Source: Acidobacteriota bacterium (GTDB lineage: Bacteria; Acidobacteriota; Vicinamibacteria; Vicinamibacterales; CAVVIG01). Taken from it: a stretch of DNA of 64,000 nt. The DNA lies in contig QHWJ01000345.1 in NCBI GenBank assembly GCA_003222535.1, forward strand, positions 1,546 to 65,545. Reading direction: 5' to 3'. The notes under the pieces are model-generated. The model saw only the letters and a program-made list of their open reading frames with translations, was not told the DNA's origin and ran no database searches. Below, piece by piece: positions 16,896 through 28,261 of this stretch (positions are counted from its first letter, which is position 1; each line of letters begins with the position of its first letter). The translations under genes and the position numbers were made by a program.

Positions 16896-19060
16896 TCACG
16901 CGAGCGATGGCCGTGCTCGGCGCCGGCACGATGGGTGCGCAGATCGCCGCGCACGTCGCGAACGCCGGCGTCCCGGTCGTGCTGCTGGACCTGACCGCCG
17001 ACATCGCTCGCGACGGGCTGAAGCGCGCGCGCGCACTGAAACCCGACCCGTTCTTCACCGCGGACGCCGCGGCGCTCGTCGCGACTGGCGGCTTCGACGG
17101 CGACCTGTCGAAGCTCGCCGCGGTCGACTGGATCACGGAAGCGGTCGTCGAGCAGCTCGAAGTGAAACGGGCGCTGCTCGAACGTGTCGATGCCGTGCGC
17201 CGGCCGGGCACCATCGTCACGTCGAACACGTCGGGGATCTCGATCGCCGCGATGGCAGAAGGACGGAGCGACGATTTCCGCAGGCACTGGCTCGGCACGC
17301 ACTTCTTCAACCCGCCGAGATACCTCCGGCTGCTGGAAATCATCCCGACCCGCGAGACTGATCCCTCAGTGGTCGAGCGCGTGTCGCACTTCGCCGATCA
17401 CCGGCTCGGCAAGGGAGTGGTCGTCGCGAAGGACACGCCGGGTTTCATCGCGAACCACATCGGCGTCTACGGCGTAATGCAGATCCTCCGGGTCCTCGAG
17501 TCGGGCCAGTACACGATCGAGGAGATCGACGCGATCACCGGCCCGGCGATCGGACGGCCGAACAGCGCGACGTTCCGCACCATGGACATCGCCGGCATCG
17601 ACATCCTGGCGCACGTTGCGAAGAACCTGCATCTCGAGCTGCCCACGATCGTGTCCGCGCTGGTCGAGCGCGGATGGATTGGCGAGAAAGCGGGTCAGGG
17701 GTTCTACAAGCGTGACAAGACCGCCACCGGCTCCGGGATTCTCACGCTCGACCCGGCAACGCTGACGTATCGAGCCAGGCAGTCGCCGAAGCTGCCGTCG
17801 CTCGACGCCGCGCGGTCGATCGAAGACCCCGCGGAACGCATCAAGACCCTCTTCAACGGACGTGACAAGGTCGGTCAGTTCCTGCGCGACACGCTCAGGC
17901 CCACGCTCGAATACACGGCCAGGGTGGCGCCCGACATCGCGTATTCGACCGACGACATCGACCACGCGATGCAGTGGGGGTTCGGATGGGAGATCGGGCC
18001 GTTCGCCATCATGAACGCGATTGGCGTCGGCTCCGGCCCTGAAGGTCGCCAGTCCGATCTGCAGATTCTCAAGGCCGCCAAAGATTGCAACCGCGTCGTC
18101 AGGAAAAACGCGGGCGCCAGCCTCGTCGACATCGGCGACGGCGTGCTCGCCCTCGAGTTCCACTCGAAGATGAACGCCATCGGCGGCGATACCGTGCAGA
18201 TGATGCACGCCGGCGTGAAGGAAGCCGCCACGAACTTCGAGGCCCTCGTCGTCGGCAACGACGCGCCCAACTTCTCCGCGGGCGCGAACCTGATGCTCCT
18301 GCTGCTCGAAGCGCAGGAAGGCAACTGGGACGACATCGACCTGATGATCCGCGCATTCCAGGGAGCGACGCAGGCGCTTCGCTACGCCGACGTCCCGGTG
18401 GTCGTCGCGCCGGCGGGCTTGACGCTCGGGGGCGGCTGCGAGATTGCGCTCCACGGCGATCGCGTGCAGGCCGCCGCCGAAAGCTACATCGGGCTGGTGG
18501 AAGCCGGCGTCGGGCTCATTCCCGGAGGCGGTGGAACGAAGGAGATGCTGGCGCGCGCGGTCGAAGGCCTGCCGGCGACACACGCCGATCTGCTGCCCTT
18601 CGTCCAGCGCGTCTTCGAAACGATCGCGTTGGCGAAGGTCTCGACCAGCGCCGCTGACGCCAGACGCCTTGGCTTCCTGGACGAGGCGGATCGCGTGACG
18701 ATGAATCGCGAGCGGGTGATGGCGGATGCAAAAGCGTACGCGCTCGACCGCGTGCGCGAAGGATACCAGCGGCCGACGCCGCGAACGGCGATTCCGGTCG
18801 GCGGGCAGGGCGTCCTCGCGGCGCTCAAGCTCGGGGTCCACCTCGCGTGGCGCGCGGGACACATCAGCGATCACGATGCGGTGGTCGGACGCGCGCTCGC
18901 GAGCGTGCTGGCCGGCGGGTCGCTGCCGCATCGGACGACAGTCGGCGAGCAGTATCTCCTCGACCTCGAACGCGAAGCGTTCCTCGAGCTCTGCGGCGAG
19001 CGTAAAACGCTGGAGCGAATCCAGCACACGCTGAAGACGGGCAAGCCGTTGAGAAACTAG
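16892..19060 (+). CDS. 3-hydroxyacyl-CoA dehydrogenase / enoyl-CoA hydratase fusion (FadN/FadJ-like)
   Basis: The N-terminus has an NAD-binding motif VLGAGTMGAQIA. 3HCDH motifs follow (HFFNPPRYLRLLE), and the C-terminal region is crotonase-like (FSAGANLMLLL, GGGCEIALH). Confidence 0.9.
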   Translation: MITRAMAVLGAGTMGAQIAAHVANAGVPVVLLDLTADIARDGLKRARALKPDPFFTADAAALVATGGFDGDLSKLAAVDWITEAVVEQLEVKRALLERVDAVRRPGTIVTSNTSGISIAAMAEGRSDDFRRHWLGTHFFNPPRYLRLLEIIPTRETDPSVVERVSHFADHRLGKGVVVAKDTPGFIANHIGVYGVMQILRVLESGQYTIEEIDAITGPAIGRPNSATFRTMDIAGIDILAHVAKNLHLELPTIVSALVERGWIGEKAGQGFYKRDKTATGSGILTLDPATLTYRARQSPKLPSLDAARSIEDPAERIKTLFNGRDKVGQFLRDTLRPTLEYTARVAPDIAYSTDDIDHAMQWGFGWEIGPFAIMNAIGVGSGPEGRQSDLQILKAAKDCNRVVRKNAGASLVDIGDGVLALEFHSKMNAIGGDTVQMMHAGVKEAATNFEALVVGNDAPNFSAGANLMLLLLEAQEGNWDDIDLMIRAFQGATQALRYADVPVVVAPAGLTLGGGCEIALHGDRVQAAAESYIGLVEAGVGLIPGGGGTKEMLARAVEGLPATHADLLPFVQRVFETIALAKVSTSAADARRLGFLDEADRVTMNRERVMADAKAYALDRVREGYQRPTPRTAIPVGGQGVLAALKLGVHLAWRAGHISDHDAVVGRALASVLAGGSLPHRTTVGEQYLLDLEREAFLELCGERKTLERIQHTLKTGKPLRN

Positions 19061-19073
19061 ACGGCGACCCTGA

Positions 19074-19123
19074 CCGCCTCCGCCAAGGCTACGGCGGTCC
19101 GCCGAAGCGTTCCGCGAAGGCGG
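19074..19123. repeat. dispersed 50-nt element, copy 1
   Basis: ccgcctccgccaaggctacggcggtccgccgaagcgttccgcgaaggcgg is the near-exact reverse complement of 54735-54784. Confidence 0.75.
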
Positions 19124-19172
19124 AAAGGGTCGCCTACATTTGATCGCCTGAAAGGGTCGCCCTACATTTGAT
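19123..19172. repeat. direct repeat gaaagggtcgcc(c)tacatttgat x2
   Basis: The copies are at 19123-19144 and 19150-19172. The second copy contains the TTG/ATG start of the next ORF. Confidence 0.7.
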
Positions 19173-19838
19173 GCAGATCATCGACCGCGGAAGCGGACCT
19201 CCGCTCGTGCTGATTCCAGGCCTTCAAGGCCGTTGGGAATACCTGCGCCCCGCCGTCGACGCGCTGTCCGCGTTCTTTCGCGTGCTGACGTTCTCGCTGG
19301 ACGGTGATGATTTCGATGGGTACGCGCGGCAGGTGGCCGCAGCGTTGTCCGGGAAGGGGATCGAACGCGCGACCATCTGCGGCGTGTCGTTCGGCGGCCT
19401 GATCGCCCTCCGCTTCGTGGCGCAGCATCCGTCGCGGGCGAACGCGCTGATTCTCGTGTCGACGCCGTCGACCGGTTTTCATCTGCGCCGCCGGCAGATC
19501 CGCGCGCTCGCCGTCTGCTCTCATTGGCCGCGGTTCGTACGCTGATCAGCGCTCCCGTGTCCCTGTCCGGAATGGCGGCGCGGGCGCGGCTCATCTCAAC
19601 CGTCGACATGAGGCCCGACTGCGAACGGATCGCCGCGCCGACGCTCATCGTGACCGGCGAGCGCGATCTCGATCATGTGGTGCCGGTCGAGGGCGCCGCC
19701 GAGTACCTGCGGCTGATTCCGAATGCGCGCGCCGTCGTGCTGGAGCGGACCGGGCATCTGGGCTCGATTACGCGTCCGGACGCGTTTGCCTCGCTGCTGC
19801 GCGAGTTCGTCGAAGAGCAACGGCATGCCGCTGCATGA
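19168..19838 (+). pseudogene. alpha/beta hydrolase split over two reading frames
   Basis: ORF 19168-19545 carries the HG-like loop and nucleophile elbow GVSFGG. ORF 19524-19838, one frame back, carries APTLIVTGERD and the catalytic-His region ERTGHLG. The two halves together make one ~225-aa hydrolase. Confidence 0.6.
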
Positions 19839-20493
19839 GATTCCGGGCCCGGCCGGCCGGCTCGAAGCGCTCCTCGACGAGCCCGCATCGCGCGGCATCG
19901 GCGCCGACGGCCGGCTGGAGATCGGGCACACCGAAGGCCTGCGAGCGGCGGTCGTGTTCGGCCACCCGCACACCGGATACGGCGGCACGATGCACACGAA
20001 GGTCGTCTATCAGGCGGCCAAGGCGCTCAGCCGCATCGGCTGCGCGGTACTGCGCTTCAATTTTCGCGGCGCCGGTGCGAGCGCCGGCGGGTTCACCGAC
20101 GGACCGGGGGAGATGGACGACTTTCGCGCCGCGCTTGATTTCATGCGCGATCGCTATCCGGACGCCGTGATGTGGGCGGCCGGCATGTCGTTTGGCGCCT
20201 GGATCGCGTTGACCGTTGGCGCCGAGGATCCGCGCGTCTCGACGCTGATTGGCATCGCGCCACCGATCGCACGGTACGATTTCACCTCCGTCGAGCGGAG
20301 CACGACGCCGAAGTTCTTCATCCAGGGCGAGCTCGACGAGATCTGTCCGTTGAAGGTCATGCGCGAGTTCTACGCGCGCGCCGCAGAGCCGAAAGAGCTG
20401 GTCGTCATTGACGGGGCGGACCATCTGTTCGACGGGAAGGTCGCCGAGGTCGCAGACGCGATTGAAGATTTGCTGGAAGACTGGTCCCTCTGA
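19825..20493 (+). CDS. alpha/beta hydrolase (short, YqiA/dienelactone-hydrolase-like)
   Basis: [15 protein letters not shown] and AAGMSFGAW (GxSxG) are present, with a C-terminal DGADHLF. ATG at 19825. Confidence 0.75.
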   Translation: MPLHEIPGPAGRLEALLDEPASRGIGADGRLEIGHTEGLRAAVVFGHPHTGYGGTMHTKVVYQAAKALSRIGCAVLRFNFRGAGASAGGFTDGPGEMDDFRAALDFMRDRYPDAVMWAAGMSFGAWIALTVGAEDPRVSTLIGIAPPIARYDFTSVERSTTPKFFIQGELDEICPLKVMREFYARAAEPKELVVIDGADHLFDGKVAEVADAIEDLLEDWSL

Positions 20494-20515
20494 AGCCGGA
20501 CCCCGAGAGGTTCGT

Positions 20516-21678
20516 ATGCATGATGCCGTGATCGTGTCAGCGGTGCGCACAGCGGCCGGCAAAGCGCCGGGCGGAACGCTGCGCGGCACGCGGCCCGACG
20601 AGCTCGCGGCGGCGGCCATGGCCGAAGCCCTGAAGCGGGCGCCGGGAATCGAGCCGCGCGAGATCGACGACGTGATTCTCGGGTGCGCGATGCCGGAGGC
20701 CGAACAGGGCATGAACGTCGCGCGGATCGCAAGCCTGCGCGCCGGCATCCCGGTCGACGCGTCCGCCGTCACCGTCAACCGCTTCTGCTCATCCGGATTG
20801 CAGGCGATCGCGTATGCCGCGGAGCACGTGATGTGCGGCTTCGCGTCGACGATCCTCGCCGGCGGCACCGAATCGATGAGCCTCGTGCCGATGGGCGGCC
20901 ACAAGATCGCGCCGAACCCGACGCTGATCGATCGGTATCCCGACGTGTACCTGAGCACCGGCCTCGTCGCGGAAAACCACGCGCGCGAATCGGGCATCTC
21001 GCGCGCCGAACAGGACGCTTTTGCACTGCGCAGCCACCAGCGGGCGCTCGCGGCGATTGACGGAGGACGGTTCGCGGAAGAAATCGTGCCGGTGACGGCG
21101 ACGGTGGTCGACAGCGGCCCCTTTTTGCGGGAGATCACGTTCGCGATCGACGAGGGCCCGCGACGCGATACCTCGGCCGAGGCGCTCGCGAAGCTGCGGC
21201 CCGCATTTCACGCCGCCGGGACGGTGACCGCCGGCAACTCGTCGCAGACGAGCGACGGCGCCGCGGCGGTCATCGTCACGTCGGCCGCGCGCGCGACGGC
21301 ACTCGGCCTGGCGCCGATGGCGCGCTTCGTGACGTTTGCGACCGCCGGCGTCGAGCCGGAGCGCTTCGGCATCGGGCCCGTACCGGCGATTCGCAAGGCG
21401 CTGAAACTGGCCGGCCTCACGCTCGGCCAGATCGACCTCATCGAGCTCAACGAAGCGTTCGCCGCGCAGGTGCTCGCGTGCCTCAGGGCGCTGCCCATCG
21501 ACCCCGATCGGCTGAACGTGAACGGTGGCGCGATTGCGCTCGGGCATCCGCTCGGCTGCACCGGCGCCAAGCTGACGACAACGCTGCTGCATGAGATGAA
21601 GCGCCGCAACGCGCGGTATGGAATGGTGACCATGTGTGTGGGCGGCGGCATGGGTGCCGCCGGCATTTTTGAGAGAAT

Positions 21679-21682
<4 letters not shown>
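20516..21682 (+). CDS. acetyl-CoA C-acyltransferase (thiolase)
   Basis: [12 protein letters not shown] (active-site Cys), [25 protein letters not shown] and CVGGGMG are present. Confidence 0.95.
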
Positions 21683-23475
<1,793 letters not shown>

Positions 23476-23493
23476 GGTCGCGTTGGGTCCTGC

Positions 23494-23728
23494 AGGTCGG
23501 GTGGGTCGGGTAGGTCGGGTGGGTCGGGCTTGCCCGCCGTAGCTCGCATCGGCCAAGGCGCGTGAGCGAAGGCGGGTGGGTCAGGTAGGTCGAGTAGGTC
23601 GCGTGGGTCAGGGCGGTCGCGTGGGCCAGGTAGGTCGAGGGGTCAGGTACTTCGAGTAGGTCTGGTGGGTCGGGTAGGGGTAGGTGGGTCGAGTAGGTCA
23701 GGTGGGGCAGGGAGGTCGGGTGGGTCAA
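23494..23728 (+). repeat. degenerate hexamer/dodecamer array (GGTSGGGTRGGT-like), G-rich on the + strand
   Basis: There are two blocks (23494-23530 and 23571-23728). The core GGGTGGGTCGGGTAGGTCGGGTGGGTCGGG at 23499-23528 has six G3 tracts. The array ends one base before the ATG of the next gene. Confidence 0.85.
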
Positions 23729-24400
23729 ATGCTTCTGAAACGGAGGAAGGCGCGTTGGTTCGTCGGGCCCTCACTACATGGCCTGCCAGCGCTATCCGCC
23801 CTACCCGCCCTCGCGGCGGCCTGTCTCCTGGTCTCGTGCAGCCCAAGGCCGCCCGAGCCGAAAGACTATACGGCCAGGCTGGCGGCCGATCGTGCGGCGA
23901 AGGATGCGGCCTTCCAGAGCGGCTCGGATCCGGTTCCCGCCGCACGGCACGCCGAGTTGCTGCCGCTCGCGTACTTTCCGATCGATCCCGGATACGACGT
24001 GCCGGCGGTGCTCAAAACCACCGACGACCGCACGGTGTTCCAGATGCCGACATCGAGCGGCGCCCCGCGGGACATGCGGCGTGTCGGATCGCTCGAATTC
24101 ACGCTGAAGGGCCAGGCCTTGAAGCTGACGACCTTCGTGGAAGTGGCCACGCCCACTCACCTGTTCGTGGCGTTCAGCGATCTGACCAGCGGCAACGAAA
24201 CGTACCCGGCCGGCCGCTACGTCGATATCGATCGCAACAGCACCGGCATTTACGAGATTGACTTCAACCGCGCGTACAACCCGTACTGCTACTACAACCC
24301 CACGTACGAGTGTCCGTACCCACCCCCGGAAAACCGCCTGAAAATCCCGGTACGAGCGGGAGAACGAATGAAGAGGTCTGAAGTTGGAAGTCTGAAGTAA
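23729..24400 (+). CDS. DUF1684 family lipoprotein
   Basis: A lipobox-like AACLLVSC is followed by FPIDPGYDV...LTSGNETYPAGRYVD...FNRAYNPYCYYNPTYECPYPPPENRL, as in DUF1684. Confidence 0.85.
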   Translation: MLLKRRKARWFVGPSLHGLPALSALPALAAACLLVSCSPRPPEPKDYTARLAADRAAKDAAFQSGSDPVPAARHAELLPLAYFPIDPGYDVPAVLKTTDDRTVFQMPTSSGAPRDMRRVGSLEFTLKGQALKLTTFVEVATPTHLFVAFSDLTSGNETYPAGRYVDIDRNSTGIYEIDFNRAYNPYCYYNPTYECPYPPPENRLKIPVRAGERMKRSEVGSLK

Positions 24401-24463
24401 GAAGAGAAGTAAGAAGCAAAGCAGACTTCGTATTTCAGACTTCAGACTTCAGACTTCAGACTT
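24374..24463. repeat. heptamer-built hairpin (TCTGAAG)n ... (CAGACTT)n
   Basis: The left arm is gaggtctgaagttggaagtctgaagtaagaag. The right arm is cagacttcgtatttcagacttcagacttcagacttcagactt. The element spans the stop of the DUF1684 gene and ends 2 nt before the HAD ATG. Confidence 0.8.
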
Positions 24464-24465
24464 GC

Positions 24466-25146
24466 ATGTCTTTGCGTGCCATCGTCCTTGACTTCGACGG
24501 CGTGATCGCGAACAGCGAGCCGCTGCACTTCCAGGCGTTCCGGGACGTCCTCGCCGAGGAAGGCGTCACCCTGACGGAGGGCGACTACTACGCACGGTAT
24601 CTCGGCTTCGACGATGTCGCGGCGTTTCAGGCGATCGCCGTGGCCTGCGGCGGCGCGTGGACGACGGCGCACATCGGGGAGCTCGCCGCGCGGAAAGCAG
24701 CCCGGCTCGAATCGCTCGAGTGCGAGGTGTCGATATTGTTTCCGGGCGCCGCCGGCGCGGTGCGTCGCGCGTCCGCGGCGGTGCCGATCGCGATCGCATC
24801 CGGCGCGCGCGGCGTCGAGATCCGCCGCGTCCTCGATCGTGAAGGTCTCGCGGCGTGTTTCACGGCGATTGTCGCCGCCGGGGACACGGCCGCCGGCAAG
24901 CCGGAGCCGGATCCCTATCTGCGTGCAGTGACGCTCCTTGCACCGGCCTGCGGCGGCCACCTCGCCGCATCCGAGTGCGTGGCGATCGAGGATTCGCATT
25001 GGGGCCTGGAGTCGGCGCGCGCCGCCGGATTGCGAACGGTCGCCGTCACGCACACCTACGAAGCGGCCGCGCTGGCGAGCGCCGATCTGGTGATCGCCTC
25101 CCTCGACGAGCTGGATCTGCGCGCTTTGGCCCGCCTCTGTTCCTGA
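24466..25146 (+). CDS. HAD family hydrolase (beta-phosphoglucomutase-like)
   Basis: IVLDFDGVIANSEPLH (DxDG), GKPEPDPY and EDSHWGLESARAAG are present. Confidence 0.85.
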   Translation: MSLRAIVLDFDGVIANSEPLHFQAFRDVLAEEGVTLTEGDYYARYLGFDDVAAFQAIAVACGGAWTTAHIGELAARKAARLESLECEVSILFPGAAGAVRRASAAVPIAIASGARGVEIRRVLDREGLAACFTAIVAAGDTAAGKPEPDPYLRAVTLLAPACGGHLAASECVAIEDSHWGLESARAAGLRTVAVTHTYEAAALASADLVIASLDELDLRALARLCS

Positions 25147-25345
25147 AACCGGGTCAAGCGCGAACATCAATCCAAACAGTTGGATTCAGGCCTGTTTTTG
25201 CATCTTTCTTAGCGTCCTTCCATCTTTACCCGCCGCTCGCCAGCCGGAGATACTGGCTTACATCCGGACACTGGGTCGATTGGATACAGCGTACGGCTGC
25301 GGGATTTGATCGCAATCGATCTCGACTTTTCAGGAGGAGAACGGG

Positions 25346-28184
25346 ATGAAACTTCGTTTTATCGCTCTCGCGGCGCTCGCGCTCTTCATCACGAGCGGAG
25401 AGGCGGGCGCGCAGATTCAGGGCGGCAACCTGACCGGCGTGATCAAGGACGACCAGGGTGGTGTGCTGCCGGGCGTCCTGGTCACGGCGCAGGGTGTCGA
25501 CGCGACGCGAACCTTCACGACGGAATCGAACGGCGAGTTCCGTTTCCTCAACCTGGCGCCAGGTCCGTACAAAGTGACGGCCGTTCTGCCGGGCTTCACG
25601 ACGCTCGTGCGCGAGGGCATCGTCGTCGCGGTCGGCAAGAACGTCGAGCTTCCGATGACGCTCAAGATCGCGGCGGTCGCTGAAACGATCACCGTGAGCG
25701 GCGAGTCGCCCGTCATCGACACGAAGGCGACCGGCACGGCGACCAACTTCACCTCCGACGAGCTCACGAAGATCCCGACGTCGCGCGATCCGTTCGCGCT
25801 CATGCGCTCGGTCCCCGGCGTGCTGGTGGACCGCGTGAACATCGGCGGCAACGAGACCGGCCAGCAGTCCAACTTCGCCTCCAAGGGCACGCGCCCGCAG
25901 GACGCCGTCTGGACACTCGACGGTATCGTCGTCACCGACATGGCGGCGACCGGCGCCTCGCCGACGTATTTCAACTTCGACAACTTCGAAGAGATCCAGG
26001 TGTCGACGGCGGGCCAGGACATCAAGCAGCCGACCGGCGGCATGGGGCTGAACTTCGTGGTCAAACGGGGCACGAACCAGTTCCATGGCGGCGTGCGGGG
26101 CTACTTCGACAGCGAGGGCATGGAGAGCGACAACGTACCCGCGGAGCTGCGCGCGGCTGGTGTAACGCACGCCACGACGGATCACAACAAGCAGATCTCC
26201 GACTACGGCCTGGACATAGGCGGCCCCATCCTGAAGGACAATGCCTGGTTCTACGGCTCGTACTCGATTCAGGACATCCGGCTCGTTCGCCGCGCGGGCG
26301 CATTGGTCGATCGCACGCAGCTCAAAAACCCGAATATCAAGCTGAACTGGCAGGCCACCAAGAGGGACATGGTGAGCTTCCTGTATCTCGACGGCTTCAA
26401 GATCAAGGACGGCCGCAGCCCGGCGACAGCCGGCATCAACTTCGACGCGCCGACGGCGACCTACCACCAGGACAACGCCTATGCCGATACGCTGCTTCAC
26501 GGCCTCTGGAAGCTCGCCGACGACCGCGTCATCGGTTCGAACATGTTCCTGTCGGCGAAGTACGCGTACTACAACACGGGATTTGTCCTGGATCCGATCG
26601 GCGGCCTCGACCTGCAGGCGGGCCGGAGCTTCACCACGGCCCAGTCCTTCGGCTCGATCAATCAGAGCCTCAACGTCCGGCCCCAGAAGGTGGCCAACAT
26701 CGACGCCAATTCATTTCTGAACGCAATGGGGGCGTCGCACGCTGTGAAATACGGATTGCGTCTACCGGCAGGGATCGGGTGGCAATCGCGCCGACTACCT
26801 CGATTTCTACGCCGGCGACACGATCACCCGGAACCGCGTCACCGTGGACGTCGGGATTCGCTACGACCGCCAGTGGGGCAAGGCGCTGCCGTCGAACACG
26901 CTGGCGAACGCGGCGTTCCCAAACGTCGTGCCCGGCATCGTGTTCTCCGGATACGACGCGCCGTTCACCTGGAACAACTTCTCGCCGCGCGCGGGCGTGA
27001 CGTATGCTCTCGATCAGGCGCACAAGACCGTGGCGCGGGCAAGCTACGCCGGCTACTCGGGACAACTCAACACCGCCGCGGTCGGCTACGTGAATCCGAC
27101 GTCGACCGCGGGGTATGCCGCGTACCGCTGGGCCGACACGAACGGCGATCATCTCGCGCAGGCGAACGAGGTGAACCTCAATCAGTTCATCACGGCCGCC
27201 GGCGGCTTCAACCCGGGCAGCCCGACCGCCGTCACCTCGGCGAATCGGATCGATCCGAATCTGAAAGCGCCACGGACGCAGACCGTTGTAGCAGGCATCG
27301 ATCGCGAGCTGAGGCCCAACCTGGCGCTGCAGCTGAACTACAGCTACACCCGGACGTCGAGCCTGTTCGGCAACTTCACCGGTCCGAACACGCCTCGAGT
27401 GGGTGTGACGCTCGCCGACTACACCCCAGCGCCAATCGGCTTCGCTGGCACGCTCCCTGACGGCACGCCGTATAACGTGACCACCTACATCCCGAGCGCC
27501 GCGAAGATCGCGACCGGCGGAAACGGCTTCCTCCTCACGACGATTCCTGACTTCTACACCGACTACCATGGCGTCGAAGTCAGCGTCGTGAAACGGCTGT
27601 CGAACAGGTGGATGGGCCGCGTCGGGTTCTCATGGAACAACGCCCGCGAGCACTTCACGTCGCCGGCGGGCCGCTACGACACGAACGGCAATCCGACGCC
27701 GACGACGACAGAACCTCTCGTGGATGGGGGGCAGTTCGTCCCGCAGGCGGGCGCCAGCGGTCTGACGTCGTACATCAACGCCAAGTGGCAGTTCAACGCG
27801 AACGGACTCTATCAGGCCCGATACGGCATCGAGGTCAGCGCGAATGTCTTCGGCCGGCAGGGCTACCCGTTCCCGCTCTTCCGCCAGAGCGCTTCGGCCA
27901 TCACGAGCGCCGGCGCCATGGGCGCGGACTCGGGTCTGCAAGTGCTCGTCACGCCGACAATGGACTACTTCCGATACGACAACCTGTGGGATACCGACCT
28001 TCGTGTTGCGCGCGCGTTCAAGTTCCAGCGATTGAACGTGCGCGCGATCGGCGATCTGTTCAACCTGCTCAACGCAAACATGGTACTCGTCAGGAACAAC
28101 AACCTCGCGTCAACCTCATTCAACGCAATCTCGCAGAACCTCAGCCCGCGGATTTTCCGCGTCGGCCTTGTCGTCGGGTTCTAA
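25346..28184 (+). pseudogene. TonB-dependent receptor with N-terminal CarboxypepD_reg domain, interrupted by a +1 frame change near 26762
   Basis: AGGAGG lies upstream and a signal peptide is present. GVIKDDQGGVLPGVLVTAQ marks CarboxypepD_reg and a plug follows (DELTKIPTSRDPFALMRSVPGV). The terminal F (RVGLVVGF) is in the second frame. The frames join as ...SHAVKYGLR | YRQGSGGNRADYLDFYAGD... Confidence 0.7.
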
Positions 28185-28206
28185 TGCGTTTCGGAGGTTT
28201 GTTTCA

Positions 28207-28235
28207 GGGCGGGGCGGCCGGCCCCGCCCTTTTTT
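28207..28235 (+). terminator. Rho-independent terminator of the receptor gene
   Basis: The stem gggcggggc / gccccgccc has a 5-nt loop and is followed by TTTTTT. Confidence 0.85.
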
Positions 28236-28261
28236 GTTATCCTGACCCCGGAACCGGTGAG

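Noticed and set aside
25169-25186. The inverted repeat AATCCAA-acag-TTGGATT, and GATCG-N4-CGATC at about 25307-25320, upstream of the TonB receptor, as a Fur-type or other operator.
   Set aside because: They are short AT-rich palindromes with no resemblance to a known box that I can name. The first could equally be a weak terminator of the HAD gene.
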